From: Octopus vulgaris
Taxonomy: Eukaryota
Direction of reading: 5' to 3'
Length of the DNA: 64,000 nucleotides
NCBI GenBank assembly: GCA_951406725.2
Contig: CATOCA020000001.1
Span: 3,472,001-3,536,000 of the forward strand
Shown: positions 23,601 to 36,328 of the stretch, piece after piece
Layout: every line of letters begins with the position of its first letter
Position numbering within the stretch: position 1 is the stretch's first letter
Made by a program: the position numbers and the translations under genes
Notes under the pieces: model-generated
What the model was told of the DNA's origin: nothing
Database searches by the model: none
The model's input: the letters and a program-made list of their open reading frames with translations, nothing else

Positions 23601-24020
23601 CACTACACTCATGGAGTGGTTGGCGTTAGGAAGGGCATCCAGCCGTAGAAACACTGCCATATTTGACTGGGCCTGATGAAGCCTTCTGGCTTCACAGACC
23701 CCAGTAGAACCGTCCAACCCATGCTAGCATGGAAAACGGACGCTAAACGATGATGATGATGATGAAGAATTTTGGTTGACAGAACTAAGTGGAAGCCCCT
23801 AATGTGTGTGTGTGTGTATACATATGTGAATGTGAATGTATGTGTGTATCTTCATTTTAGAGTTTTTCCTTCACTACCGCTTGTCAACCAGTGTTGGCTT
23901 TTTTTATGTCCCTGGAACTTAGTGATTCAGCAAAAAAGACTGATAGCATATGAACCAGACTTAAAAACAAGCACTAAAATCAATTTGTATAATCAAATCC
24001 TTCAAGGCAATCAAACAAAA
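20620..24020 (+). mobile_element. old SINE A split by an RTE insertion (head 20620-20730, body 23765-24020)
   Basis: gactgtgtggtttagaag...caccttgggcagatgttttctgctacagc resumes after the RTE tail as gaattttggttgacagaactaagtggaagccc. Confidence 0.65.
20731..23765 (+). mobile_element. 5'-truncated RTE LINE (EN C-terminus, RT, PHD-like finger, 3'UTR, (GAT)n tail) with multiple stops
   Basis: SQIDYIL, KAPGPSGI, NYRGIK, FVDMEKSFDRV, YADD; near-identical to 35869-39035. Confidence 0.95.
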
Positions 24021-24024
24021 AGTA

Positions 24025-24262
24025 AAGTTACCTTCTGAGTCATGTCAACTCATAAGGGCTGGTTTTTCAGTTTCCATGGCATATAAATACCCCCACATGG
24101 ACAGGACGCTGTTCAAGCACAGGATTACTTGTTTTTACCATCTGACTGGATCGAAGCAATGTGAAATGAAGTGTTTTGCTCAAGAACACGACATGTCGCT
24201 TGGTCCAGGAATCAAAACTACAATCCTATGATCATTACTTCAACATTGTAACCACTAAGCCT
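24025..24262 (-). mobile_element. degenerate tRNA-derived SINE with family-D-like core
   Basis: gtgttttgctcaagaacac...ccaggaatcaaaact...taaccactaagcc. Confidence 0.6.
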
Positions 24263-24594
24263 CCAGCATGGCTACAGTCCAGTGACTAAAATAAGTAAGA
24301 GATAAAACAGAGTTGCTCAACTGGTGAGATTAAGCTGCTGAATAATTGAACCAGTGTACAAGTTTATGAGTTCAAGTCATAGGCATTCATTATGTTGTGA
24401 ACTCCAAAGGAAAGAACTGTTATGTAGCTTGCTTCAGTAACACCAGGAAAGAAGTTAGAACCAGTAGTAGGAGTAGATCATCTAAGATTTTGTTGTTAGA
24501 ATTTACATGTAATAAATTGGTTATGCATCTACAATCCATAAACTATATTAACAACCCTTTTTTTTATACAATTCCTAATAATATTTCATTATTT

Positions 24595-25232
24595 AAGGTG
24601 GCGAGTTGACAAAATTATTAGCATAGACAAAATTGTTACCATGCAGGAGTGGCTGTGTGGTAAGTAGCTTGTTTACCAACCACATAGTTCCGGGTTCAGT
24701 CCCACTGCGTGGCACCTTGGGCAAGTGTCTTCTACTATAGCCTCGGGCCGACCGAAGCCTTGTGAGTGGATTTGGTAGACGGAAACTGAAAAGAAACTTG
24801 TTGTATATATGTATATATGTATATATGCATGTGTGTGTTTGTGTGTCTGCGTTTGTCCCCCTAGCATTGCTTGACAACCAATGCTGGTATGTTTAGGTCC
24901 CCGTTACTTAGCGGTTCGGCAAAAGAGACCGATAGAATAAGTACTGGGCTTACAAAAGGAATAAGTCCCGAGGTCGAGTTGCTCGATTAAAGGCGGTGCT
25001 CCAGCATGGCCGCAGTCAAATGACTGAAACGAGTAAGAGAGTATACTGATTGAAATGCTTTGTGGTGTTTCATCCATTTTCACATTCTGAGTTCAAATTT
25101 TCCCAAGGTCGACTTTACCTTTTATCCTTTCAGGGTCGATAAAATAAGTACCAGTTGAGTACTGGAGCTAATGTAATTGACTTAACCTCACCCCTGAAAT
25201 TACTGGCCTTGTGCCAAAATTTGAAATCAATA
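24595..25232 (+). mobile_element. SINE B interrupted by a younger SINE A
   Basis: Head ggtggcgagttgacaaaattattagca at 24597 resumes at ~25045 with gaaatgcttt...gagttcaaatt...ggtcgactttacc. Confidence 0.75.
24643..25043 (+). mobile_element. SINE family A, complete
   Basis: Full head, core and tail. Confidence 0.92.
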
Positions 25233-25269
25233 ATATTTAATTATAAAAATATAATAGGATTTTTTTTAA

Positions 25270-25489
25270 CCCTTTAGCTTTCAGATTACCCTGTCAAATG
25301 TAGTGCTTACATATTCACATCACTTTAAATTAATCATGCATTATTTCATAGCTTTGAGATTTTGATGATGTGATTGTTTATTTGCAAAATGACCCTGTAG
25401 GATAAGTGTAAAAGGCCAAATCTGGCCAGTCTGAGCATAAAACAGATTGAGTATTTGGACTGGATGTGGCAAGTTTAAATGCTAAAGAG
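25270..25489. mobile_element. piggyBac-type MITE, second family
   Basis: TTAA flanks; TIRs ccctttagc / gctaaagag. Confidence 0.8.
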
Positions 25490-25989
25490 TTAAACATTGA
25501 ATGGCTTCAAGGGTCCACCCAAGTGATGTAGGAATCAAAGAAGTCCTCAGGTCAAAGAAATGGTCAAGAACTGCAGATTTAGATCATGACAACTGTCCAA
25601 TCTATACCAGCATGGATAAAAAATATACGGCTGCAAGAATGATGGAGATGGTGAAACATACCACCACTGTCATCTCATAGTTGAGTGGTAGGAAAGACAA
25701 TTCTTTATGTTTTTCAGTAATAATTATACAGGGCCGTCAGCAGTTTGGAAATAAAAGGAAAGAAAAACAAGTAAAACAGATGTGAAGAAAATTATTTAAA
25801 AAAGAAAAAAAAAACTGAATGAAAAATTAATCGAAAGCTAAGAACTTGATCTTCTTTGATTATTATACCAAGAATTGTCTAGTTTGGTTCGTAAGTTCCG
25901 TAATATTGACAAATACATGTTCAATATTTGACACATGATCAATATTTGCTGTAAATTCAATGCCTTAGAAATAAAGTGAAATACGACAT

Positions 25990-26400
25990 ACTCTTACTCT
26001 TTACTCCTTTACTTGTTTCAGTCATTTGACTGCGGCCATGCTGGAGCACCGCCTTTAGTCGAGCAACTCGACCCCGGAACTTATTCTTTGTAAGCCCAGT
26101 ACTTATTCTATCGGTCTCTTTTGCCGAACCACTAAGTAACGGGGACATAAACACACCAGCATCGGTTGTCAAGCAATGCTACGGGAACAAACACAGACAC
26201 ACAAACACACACACGCATATATATATATACATATATACGACAGGCTTCTTTCAGTTTCCGTCTACCAAATCCACTCACAAGGCTTTGGTCGGCCCGAGGC
26301 TATAGCAGAAGACACCTGCCCAAGATGCCACGCAGTGGGACTGAACCCGGAACCATGTGGTTGGTAAGCAAGCTGCTTACCACACAGCCACTCCTGCGCC
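25990..26400 (-). mobile_element. SINE family A, complete
   Basis: Full copy with tandem tactctt tail repeats. Confidence 0.92.
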
Positions 26401-26789
26401 GACATATCAAATGAAAATAAAATAATGAAATAAAAGAGGCAAAAACGGGGAGAAACATACTTAAGTGCAAGCTGAGAATTTGTGCAGAATAAATAGACTT
26501 CACAGAATATATCTTTAATTGGAAAGAAATTGAAGGTTTATTGTCGGTAAGAGACAGAATTGTTTACGACATAGCTTTCTTATTCACCTCTGGCTCATAG
26601 CATTAAAAGAAAAAATGTGTGACTAACATTGAGGATCTCAGAGCAAATCTTTTGGAAACCGTTTTTTTTAAACTTATTTTATTTTTGCTTTACACTTTCT
26701 TGTTTCCTTTTCTCACTATTTTCTTTTTTTCAAAAATATCAAAAATTTCAAGACTTCAAAACAAGAATAAATACATACATACATACATA

Positions 26790-27568
26790 CATCATCATCA
26801 TCGTTTAACGTCCGCTTTCCATGCTAGCATGGGTTGGACGGTTCAACTGGGGTCTGGGAAGCCAGAAGGCTGCACCAGGCCCAGTCTGATCTGGCAATGT
26901 TTCTACGGCTGGATGCCCTTCCTAACGCCAACCACTCGGAGAGTGTAGTGGGTGATTTTATGTGCCACCGACACAGGTGCCAGACGAGGCTGGCGAACGG
27001 CCACGATCGGATGGTGTTTGTTACGTGCCCACAGCACGGAGGCCAGTCGATGCGGTACTGGCTACGGCCACGTTCAGATGGTTTTCTTATGTGCCACCGG
27101 CACTGGTACCACATGATACAAATTCCATTGATGTTCATCTATTTTGATTTGGTTTGATTTTGATTTTCACTAGCCTCAACAGGTCTTCACAAGTGTCCCA
27201 AGAAGGAAGGTATGCACAGGTGGACTGACTACGTCCCAGGTAGGGGCCACGGGTTATGGCCTCACTAGTCTTGCCGGGTCTTCTCACGCACAGCATACTT
27301 CCATAGGTCTCGGTCTCTAGTCATTTCCTTAGTGAGACCTAAAGTTCGAAGGTCGTGCTTCACCACCTCGTCCCAGGTTTTCCTGGGTCTACCTCTTCCA
27401 CAGGTTCCCTCAACTGCTAGGGTGTACCATTTTTGCACACAACTATCTTCATCCATTCTCATCACATGACCATACCAGCGCAAACGTCTCTCTTGCACAC
27501 CACAACTGATGCTTCTTAAGTTCAACTTTTCTCTCAAGGTACTTACACTCTGTCGATTATGAACACTA
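26790..27568 (-). mobile_element. RTE LINE 3' fragment
   Basis: ORF 27265-27537 RRLRWYGHV...GRGRPRKTW, plus 3'UTR and (GAT)n tail. Confidence 0.92.
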
Positions 27569-28470
27569 CACGTGTATATATATATATATTTAAATTTTAA
27601 TATTTTTTCATAAAATTTTTTTTGATGATAGCTTCTTAGTTGGTTTCTTTTGATGTTTTTTTATTCGAAAATACATTTTTATTCTTTCAATCATCATTTT
27701 TTTTTTCAAAAATAAATAAGGAAATACTCAAACCAAATATTTGACAGAAATATTCTCTCTACAACAACTAACATTACATTGATACTTGTTAATTTTGTTG
27801 TTGTTAATATTAATTAATAGCATTATATTATTGCTATTAGTAATTATATTATTAGTAATAGCATTATATTATTGGATTGACAAAATTGTCAGAGCATGAA
27901 ACAAAAATGTCTTACAGCACTTGAAATGGCACTTTATGTCCTGAGTTCAAATGCTACCAAAGCCAACATTACCTTTCATCCCTCCAGGATCAATAAAATA
28001 AAGTAGATTTAATTAAAACCCACTCCTCCAGAGAGTTAGGGTTAGGGCAGTGGAAGAAAAAGAAAATCACCTGTGATATTTGTTTTGGTTCTTGATATTC
28101 TGAATTCAACTGTGCCCCTCCCCTCAAAATTGTTAGTCATGTACCTGAACTAGAAACGGTTATTGTTGTTGCTGTTGTGATTATTATTAGAGGAATTAAG
28201 AGGCAAAATCATTAAGGTACATAAATACCTACTTTGCAATATTTAGTTATGTATCCTAATGTCCTGAGTTCAAATCCTGTTGGATTCAACTTTACCTTTA
28301 ATCCCTTTGAGGTAAAATAAAGTAAAGTTCAAATCAAGTTGTACTGGAGGTAATTTATCCACTCTAAAATTTGATACCATATCCCCATGGCAGTAACCAG
28401 TCTGAATTCAAATCCTGCGCAGATTGGCTTCATCTTTCCTAGGTCGATAAAACAGTCTTGAAGTACTTAT

Positions 28471-28515
<45 letters not shown>

Positions 28516-28604
28516 TATTAGGGAAGTTATTTCCGAGTCCACAGGGGAGAGAAGTTCAATTTAGTGGTACTAAAATGAATTACTCACTGTATTATATACA
28601 TATA

Positions 28605-29000
28605 AATAGACAGAATCACCCTCAAGCAAAAATCAAAATCGAAATCGAAATCGATCAACATCAATGGAAATTGTAGCTGTGATACCAGTGCCGGTGGCAC
28701 GTAAGTGAACCATCCGATTGTGACCGTTGCCAGCCTCGCCTGGACCCTGTTCCGGTGGCACGTAAAACGCACCATCTGACCATGGCCGTTTGCCAGCCTC
28801 GTCTGGCACCTGTGCCGGTGGCATGTAAAAAGCACCCACTACACTCACAGAGTGGTTGGCGTTAGGAAGGGCATCCAGCCGTAGAAACATTGCCAGATAA
28901 GACTGGGTCTGGTGCAGCCTTCTGGCTTCCCAGACCCCAGTTGAACCGTCCAACCCATGCTAGCATGGAAGGCGGACGCTAAATGATGATGATGATGATG
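28605..29000 (+). mobile_element. RTE 3'UTR insertion with an 8-bp target-site duplication
   Basis: tacatata at 28597-28604 and 29001-29008; (GAT)n tail. Confidence 0.85.
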
Positions 29001-29078
29001 TACATATAGGACTAAATATTAAAATTATCAAAATTAATACCTTCAATTCTTATTACAAATCATATACTTTACATTATC

Positions 29079-29181
29079 TAGACTACATGCGTTTCATGAC
29101 AACATATTCCTCGATATTGTTGAAATAGAATGTCTATACAATACCATATTAAAAAGATTATATTTCCAATCTTCAGGTCTA
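29079..29181 (-). ncRNA. type I hammerhead ribozyme motif
   Basis: Minus strand tagac-CTGAAGA-(long stem II region)-GAAAC-gcat-GTA-gtcta: intact core, 5-bp stem I, 2-bp stem III. Confidence 0.65.
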
Positions 29182-30513
29182 TCTAATATGAACTTATTTT
29201 GCTATTTACATCGTATATTAAGACATGAGGAACTAAAATTATATAACTAGAAGTTGTTGGAATAATTTTACTTTAGTAAATAATGAACAGAAATGTGGAA
29301 TAAAAGTAGGAAAAAGAAATGTTAACTTATATGAATGGTAATTTTCTCTCCATGAATTAAACATGGCTACCAGCAATTGTATAATCCAACATTGAGAGCT
29401 ACATTGTAGGGGAGATAATTCTTATTAACATTTAAAAGTTCTTAAATTTTCTATTATTTATAATAATAATAAATCAAGAGAAACCAGAAGTGTATGATGG
29501 GAATAGTCTAATTTTTTTCCTGGTTAATTTGATTTATTTTTATATTAACTTTGATAAATAATAAATTTCTAGGTTGGTAAACAGGTAAACTAAATTACTC
29601 AACATATAATTTTAGAATATTTTAAAATATTTTGAAATAAGTAAAAGTCAGTAAAATTAGTAAAAATCAGTAAAAATATAATTTTTTATTATTTTTATAA
29701 TTATAATACAATTAATATATATTGATTATACTATTATTCTTAAATTTGAGTTTCTAAATTGAGATTAAAAGTTTCAAATAATACCATCAAATATTATACT
29801 ATAGATTTTTATTAAGAAACTAAAATATCTGAAATTAGAAGTTAATTTAGTATTATCTGACATATATATAGAAATAATTAGTTATACTAAATAATAAAAT
29901 ATGATTATACATTATATCTAATTATTATGATTAAATTTTATTTGATTTAAAATTAGGGTTTTATTTATTTTCTAAAGAATCAAGCGTTATCTCATCTTAT
30001 TAAATAGGCAATTCAGTTTATGTTTACATTTATTTTTCATTCATCCTGGGTGTTGATTGGTGTTATTTTAGCTTTTAATATTTCCATAAATTGGAGTGTA
30101 CACAGAAGACAGAATTCCTTATCTATTCTATATGATTTCGTTTTACATATTATTTCCCATTTTAATTTATACTTTATATCTTTAGTTTTTAATTCCCATA
30201 TATATTTACTTAAGCCTGTCCAGTTCATCAATTTTTTTTTAAAAGAGTACAAATCTGAGCCACCCTTTGTTTAATTTTATTTGATGTCGATCCAATGTAA
30301 GTCACATTTTGATTTTCATTATTATTATTATTATTATTATTATCATTTACTTTTAATCTGCATGTTTGATGCAATCACCTGCCGGGGCACACCCAGCGCC
30401 CTAGGGCAAGTGAAGGTTAAGAGTTGTTGAAATATAGCTGAAAGCTTGGGGAGGGGAAGTAGAGAAATATCTCCATGTAATACAACACATTATTATTATC
30501 GTTATTATTATTA

Positions 30514-30544
<31 letters not shown>

Positions 30545-31854
30545 CATTATTATTATTATTACTATTATTATTATTATTATTATTACTATCATCACCATTA
30601 TCACTACCACTACTACCTACATTTAAGGCTACCACACATTTATTTACTACTTCACTTAAGTTACATTTATTATTAAATTTACATTACATTAATAAATTAA
30701 ATGGACTAAGTGCGTTTTAAGTGGCACAAGTACAGGCCAGGTCAGTTTGGCATGGTTTTTACTGCTGGATGCCCTTCCAAATGCCAGTCAGTTTACAGTG
30801 TGGATTGGATGCTTTTCGAGTGACCCGAGCACTGGCAGGGTCACCAAATAACTTGCAGGACAAAGATCTTTTGAGAGTGGAAGGGGATTTGGAAGAGGTG
30901 ATCTTGTGTCAGATGAGGAAAGGTTAGAGTGAGACAGAGAGACAGAAACAGGTATCTTACTGTAGGGGAGATACATGGTCTTAGAAATCACAATCATATC
31001 TCATTTTTGAGAAAGCAGGGAGTAAGGGGGAGATAAAATATCATTCCTTCTCCCGTTGAGTCAAAAGACAAATTTCTTTCTAACTTTGACTTCTGCTTAA
31101 TATAAACAACAACAACTAGTTGTACAACAACAACAACAGCTTCAGAAGCTGCATCTGTAGAAATAATAATAATGGTGTCAATGATGATGACTGGGATTGG
31201 GGAGGGGGTGTAGTGGCAGTTGTGGTTGTTGCGATGGTAATTGTAGGGATGTGTGGTTAAGGTGGTTGTAGTGGAAGAGCTTGGGATGGCAAAGTCGGTG
31301 AGCGGTGGTGGGGCTGGTGGACGGGGGGGATGGCAGTCAGAGATGATAGTAATATAGAGTGTAATTCACCTTTGAAATGTTAAACAAGCTTCATTAGAGG
31401 ATCATTAACTCATGGGAGGAGACAGCAAAGAATGGTAAGGGTTGTGGAGGGATTTGAATCTTTCAGTTATTTTCTTCTGATGAATCTGATGTTGTTAATA
31501 AATATATGCGTATATGTGTGTATATGTATTTATGCACATATGTCAGTAAATATATGTATTAGTATGTGTGTGTGTGTGTGAGAATATATATGTGTGTTGA
31601 TGTATACATGTGTGCATGTGTGTGCGTATGTACATGTATGGATGTGTGCGTGTGTGTGTGTTGATATATACATGTGTATACATGTGTGTGTATGTATGTG
31701 CATGCATGGACGTGTGTGTCTTGATGTATACATGTGTGCATGTGTGTGTGTGCATGTGTGTGTATGTATGTGCATGTGTGTGTGTGCATGTGTGTGTGTG
31801 CACGTGTGTGTGCACGTGTGTGTGTGTGTGTATGTGTGTGTGTGTGTCTGTGTT

Positions 31855-32230
31855 AGGAGATATGATGTCTTTGAGGAAAAGCAAGTGAAGCTTACTGCTC
31901 TGAAGTGTTGACTCCATGAGTGGGACCCAAATGCAGAACCTACAAAAACCACCAGGTATTGAAGTGCAATGTGTGTGGAGGATTCCTTTTCTCAAGAGCT
32001 AGGTTTGTCAACCATCTAAAGTCAGATGAGCCTGAGAGAAATTGAGCTGCTTGCGGAATGGTTCTACGATCATGCACACCACGGTATATTTGCACTGAAA
32101 AGAGAAATAAGTGTCACATCTATGGATGTTCTTGCACAACGAAAGCTGGGTTCGAACTCCACCTGTGTGCAATGTTCAATGAAGAAGTGGCACTCTTCAG
32201 ACAAGAAGTAGTAATCAGCATGTTGGGTTG
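31855..32230 (+). pseudogene. ancient RTE-type C-terminal relic with a C2H2-like finger
   Basis: [12 protein letters not shown] and KCHIYGCSCTTKAGFELHL in broken frames. Confidence 0.4.
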
Positions 32231-32254
32231 TGTGTATATGTTGTTGGGTCTATG

Positions 32255-32674
32255 CAGTGCTGGGTTAACCATTAAGCAAAATAAGCATGTGCTCAAAGCA
32301 TCGAGGGAAATGTGGCAGCACAGAAATGGTAAATAGCTTACAGCACAAAAGAAATCATTTTAAACTTTCTAAAATGATATTCAAAGTGGTTCTTATGATT
32401 GGAAATATGATTTTGAAGTGTTAATGGTGTCACAGTGAGGAACTGACCAAAAACTTGGCAATTAAAACAAGTAGGAGAAAACTTTTCAAATATAAAGTGG
32501 AAGTATACAAAGATAAACATTATTTTCCATCTTACTGTTAGTTTTGTTTCATTTTGGAAAATAAAAATTCATTCTATGGGTTATTATTATTTATGTTTTG
32601 AATTATGCATATATGGGGGTACCAAAATCTTTTCAGTTCTTAGGGCCTCTATGGTGGGTCCTAATCTGACCCTG
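32255..32674. mobile_element. hAT-type MITE
   Basis: CAG...CTG imperfect TIRs (cagtgctgggttaa / ctaatctgaccctg); 8-bp TSD ggtctatg / ggtatatg. Confidence 0.7.
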
Positions 32675-33134
32675 GGTATATGTGTATACCTGTTGGTTTA
32701 TATATCTTTGTATGTCTGTATGTGGATTGGTTTGTAGATGTATGTGAGTGGATAAATGACTAACAAGTTCACTTCTCAATCATGAGTCCTTGGATTGGAT
32801 GCTTTTCAGGGCAAGTTGGGCCAGTATCTTTTGCTATAGCCTCTCTTTCACCCTTGACTTGTAGATGAAAATAAGTGGACTGAAACAATGAAGAAGCTTT
32901 GTGAAAATCAAAGGGCCACTGTAAATCAAAGGGCCAGTCATCTCACACCCTGTCTTAAGTTGATTATATCTGAGAACTGGGTTAAGAATATATGTGTCTA
33001 TGGAATACACAACCATTTACATCTTAATTAAACAAGTGGGTAATTCAGTTGATCAAACAACTGGAATACTCATTACAAAGTGAGAGCCGTTTACTTATTT
33101 ATATATATATGTGTGTATATTAGTTTCTGTCGCC

Positions 33135-33388
33135 TTACTGGCACTGGAAAAAAACATTCGAGCGAGGTCGTTGCCAGTGCCGCTGGACTGGCCCTCATAC
33201 TGGTGGCACGTAAAAGCACCCACTACACTCTTGAAGTAGTTGGCATTAGGAAGGGCATCCAGCTGTAGAAACTCTGCCAGATCAGATTGGAACCTGGTGC
33301 AGCCATCTGGTTTGCCAGTCCTCAGTCAAATCGTCCAACCCATGCTAGCATGGAAAGCGGACGTTAAACGATGATGATGATGATGATA
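33135..33388 (+). mobile_element. RTE 3'UTR fragment
   Basis: taggaagggcatccagc...ccaacccatgctagcatggaaagcggacgttaaacgatgatgat. Confidence 0.85.
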
Positions 33389-33548
33389 TGAGTGTGTCAT
33401 TGCAAACATATGTCTGTAAGTGTGGGAACAATATTTACTTAGAGGTTGTAAACCCAGGTCTAAAAATGTTTATAAACAAAGTCAAATTTTTCAATCTTAA
33501 TATCAAAACACACAGATATCATAATAATAATAATTATAGTTCTTATTA

Positions 33549-33848
33549 AGGTGTTGAGCTGGCAGAATCATTAGCATGCTGAGCAAAGTGCTTAGCAGTA
33601 TTTAATCTGTTTTTTATGCTTTGAGTTCAAATTCCACTGAGGTCAACTTTGTCCTTCACCTTTTAGGGGTCAATAAAATAAGTAGCTGTTGAACCCTGGG
33701 GTCAGTGTAATTGACTTAACACCCAACCCCAAATTGCTGGCCTTATGCCAAAATTTGAAAGCATTATTGTTATTTTCTTTGTATCACAGGTTTTGTTGGA
33801 ACTCCTAGAATCTTGCATGCTACCTGCAGCCCACCGTTCCATACTATC

Positions 33849-33893
<45 letters not shown>

Positions 33894-34110
33894 ATTAAAG
33901 TGTTGAGCTGGTAGAATTGTTACCACATTTGGGAAAATACTTAGTAACATTTCATCTGTCTATACATTCTGAGTTCAAATTCCACAGAGGTCAAATTTGC
34001 CTTTCATCCTTTCAGGGTTGATAAATTAAGGATCAGTTGAGCACTTGGGTTGATGTAATCGACCTAGCCACTCCCCTGGAATTGATAGCCTTAAGCCAAA
34101 ATTTGAAAGC
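33549..34110 (+). mobile_element. two SINE B copies (33549-33762 and 33898-34110)
   Basis: Both read gtgttgagctgg...gagttcaaattccac..aggtcaa.tttg. Confidence 0.8.
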
Positions 34111-34112
34111 AT

Positions 34113-34260
<148 letters not shown>

Positions 34261-34610
34261 GAGTGAGAGAGCAGTTCATGCCATCAAAGTGACACTGGGG
34301 TAAAATATACGAAGCCCAGTATACCCATCATGACTACCTGTCTGATAAGGGTACACAAGGCACATGCATCACAACCATATGTGCGTGACATGGTGATCTT
34401 ATATCAAGATAAACAGCACATGACCTTGCAGGTGGGGCCCAGTTAGAATTTTCTTCAAGTCAAGTAGCCCATTCTGCTCAAAAGGTCCCTGAATAAGGGT
34501 TGTTTAAGGACATTGAATGAAACACCCATATTTCCAAAGGTGAATTACCCAAACATCAAGGAATTCCTCTCTACACATGGCTATGATGCTGCCCCACTAC
34601 TTCTTCTTAT

Positions 34611-34707
<97 letters not shown>

Positions 34708-35259
34708 ACCATCATCGCCATATATAAAAGAGCGATCGCATTATCGTTAACCCCACTCGCTTCAAAATATCTAAAGAAGAAATACGCACAGATCATGAAT
34801 GGCTAAAGCTAAGTGAATCGTTCAACCTCGCTACGACTACCTTCTATCTTTGCACTTATCATCTTTATTCTTTCACTATTCTTCAATTTCCATCTCATTG
34901 TATTGTTCCTCATTGTTTCAGTATTCCCTCATTACCCTGTCTAGCTCAAACATTTTTTTCGTTTAGTCTTGTCTCCCGGTTCATAGCCACTCTGATTTTT
35001 AAATTTTTTCGTTTAGTCTTGTCTCCCGATTCATAGCCACTCTGATTTATCAAACCCATTTGCTAGCTCATACGATTAACAGAACCTACGGTGCACCCGC
35101 CCTCCCACTCCCTCCACACATGCCGGAAGTTCCTATTCTTTGCCATTCCGGGGTTGCTTCCCATGAAGACTGCAAATGCTCTCACTATCCCTACCACTCC
35201 CTAGTCTCGACCTATGTAAGGTAATGTTCATACAGTGCAAAATATGAAAGGCTAGTGTT

Positions 35260-36285
35260 ATGCAGGTTGTACTGAAGGCTACTTTACTACTTCATTACTT
35301 GCACATGAATTCTGCCAAATGCGAGCTTTCTTTTCAGGTACACGAAGCTACTGTCCACCGTCCCAGGGTCCCTAGTGCCCATGCCTCCCACACCCTCCGG
35401 GTTGGCACCCTCAACGTTGGCACTCTGAAAGGTAGGTCTGGTGAGATAGTCGAGATGCTTGAACGGAGATGTGTGGATATATGTTGCATGCAAGAAATAA
35501 GGTGGAGAGGAGGATCAGCTAGGTTCCTCACAGGCAAGGAACGCAGGTACAAGATTTTCTGGGCAGGGAACACTGACGGGGTTGGTGGCGTGGGTATACT
35601 TATCGCTGAGAAATGGGTAGATAAAGTAATTGAGGTAATCAGAGTATGTGACAGAATACTTAAGATTAGATTAGTGCTTCATCATAGTTTAGCAACCATT
35701 ATATCAGCCTATGCTCCTCAGTCGGGGCTACCCGATGGACAGAAAGACCGATTCTATGACACTCTACTGCAGACTACCTCGTTGACGAATGACAGAGACC
35801 TTATCTTTGTGGCTGGTGACTTCAATGGTCACGTTGGACGACATGCTGGGGGCTTCCATGGCGTACATGGAGGCTATGGCTATGGCTCCCGCAACGAGGA
35901 GGGAACCAGGCTGCTGGAGTTCTGCGATGCAAATAATCTTATGATTTGCAACACTAACTTCAGGAAACCTACCAGCCACCTAGTCACTTACCGATCGGGC
36001 CAACATACCAGCCAAATTGACTACATCCTTGCAAGGCAAAGGGAGAGATGGCTGCTTATAAATGCCAAAACCTTCCCAGGTGAAGAATGTATCCCACAAC
36101 ATAGACTGGTAGTTAGTGACTTTAGGATCAGGACTAGGAGGACAACCAGAAGACGACAAATATGGAGAAGAAGGATCTGGAAGCTTAAAGATCCTGCAAA
36201 TGGACAGAGGTTTAGGGACATATTACTTGAAGCCTTTGGCGAAGTAGAAGGGGATAGAGCATCACAGGGGGTAGAAGACAACTAG
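35260..36285 (+). CDS. RTE apurinic-type endonuclease ORF
   Basis: VGTLNVGTL, CCMQEIRW, GVGIL, ISAYAPQ, AGDFNGHVG, SQIDYIL, QHRLVV. Confidence 0.9.
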   Translation: MQVVLKATLLLHYLHMNSAKCELSFQVHEATVHRPRVPSAHASHTLRVGTLNVGTLKGRSGEIVEMLERRCVDICCMQEIRWRGGSARFLTGKERRYKIFWAGNTDGVGGVGILIAEKWVDKVIEVIRVCDRILKIRLVLHHSLATIISAYAPQSGLPDGQKDRFYDTLLQTTSLTNDRDLIFVAGDFNGHVGRHAGGFHGVHGGYGYGSRNEEGTRLLEFCDANNLMICNTNFRKPTSHLVTYRSGQHTSQIDYILARQRERWLLINAKTFPGEECIPQHRLVVSDFRIRTRRTTRRRQIWRRRIWKLKDPANGQRFRDILLEAFGEVEGDRASQGVEDN

Positions 36286-36328
36286 ACATTTCTAAGGGAC
36301 AACCTGCTGAGAGCCACTGACCAGATCT

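Larger units (their letters stand above)
28510..30290 (-). mobile_element. Penelope-like element 3' portion (GIY-YIG C-terminal region, AT-rich 3' region, hammerhead), interrupted by an RTE 3'UTR
   Basis: ORF 30037-30252 TGLSKYIWELK...YKLKWEII...CLLC...INTQDE matches PLE endonuclease C-termini (T.LS.YIW.LK......W.I....C.LC..E...N...E). Confidence 0.75.

Noticed and set aside
32905-32940. Tandem ATCAAAG (TCF/LEF-like) sites
   Set aside because: They lie in a decayed SINE C tail with a local micro-duplication.
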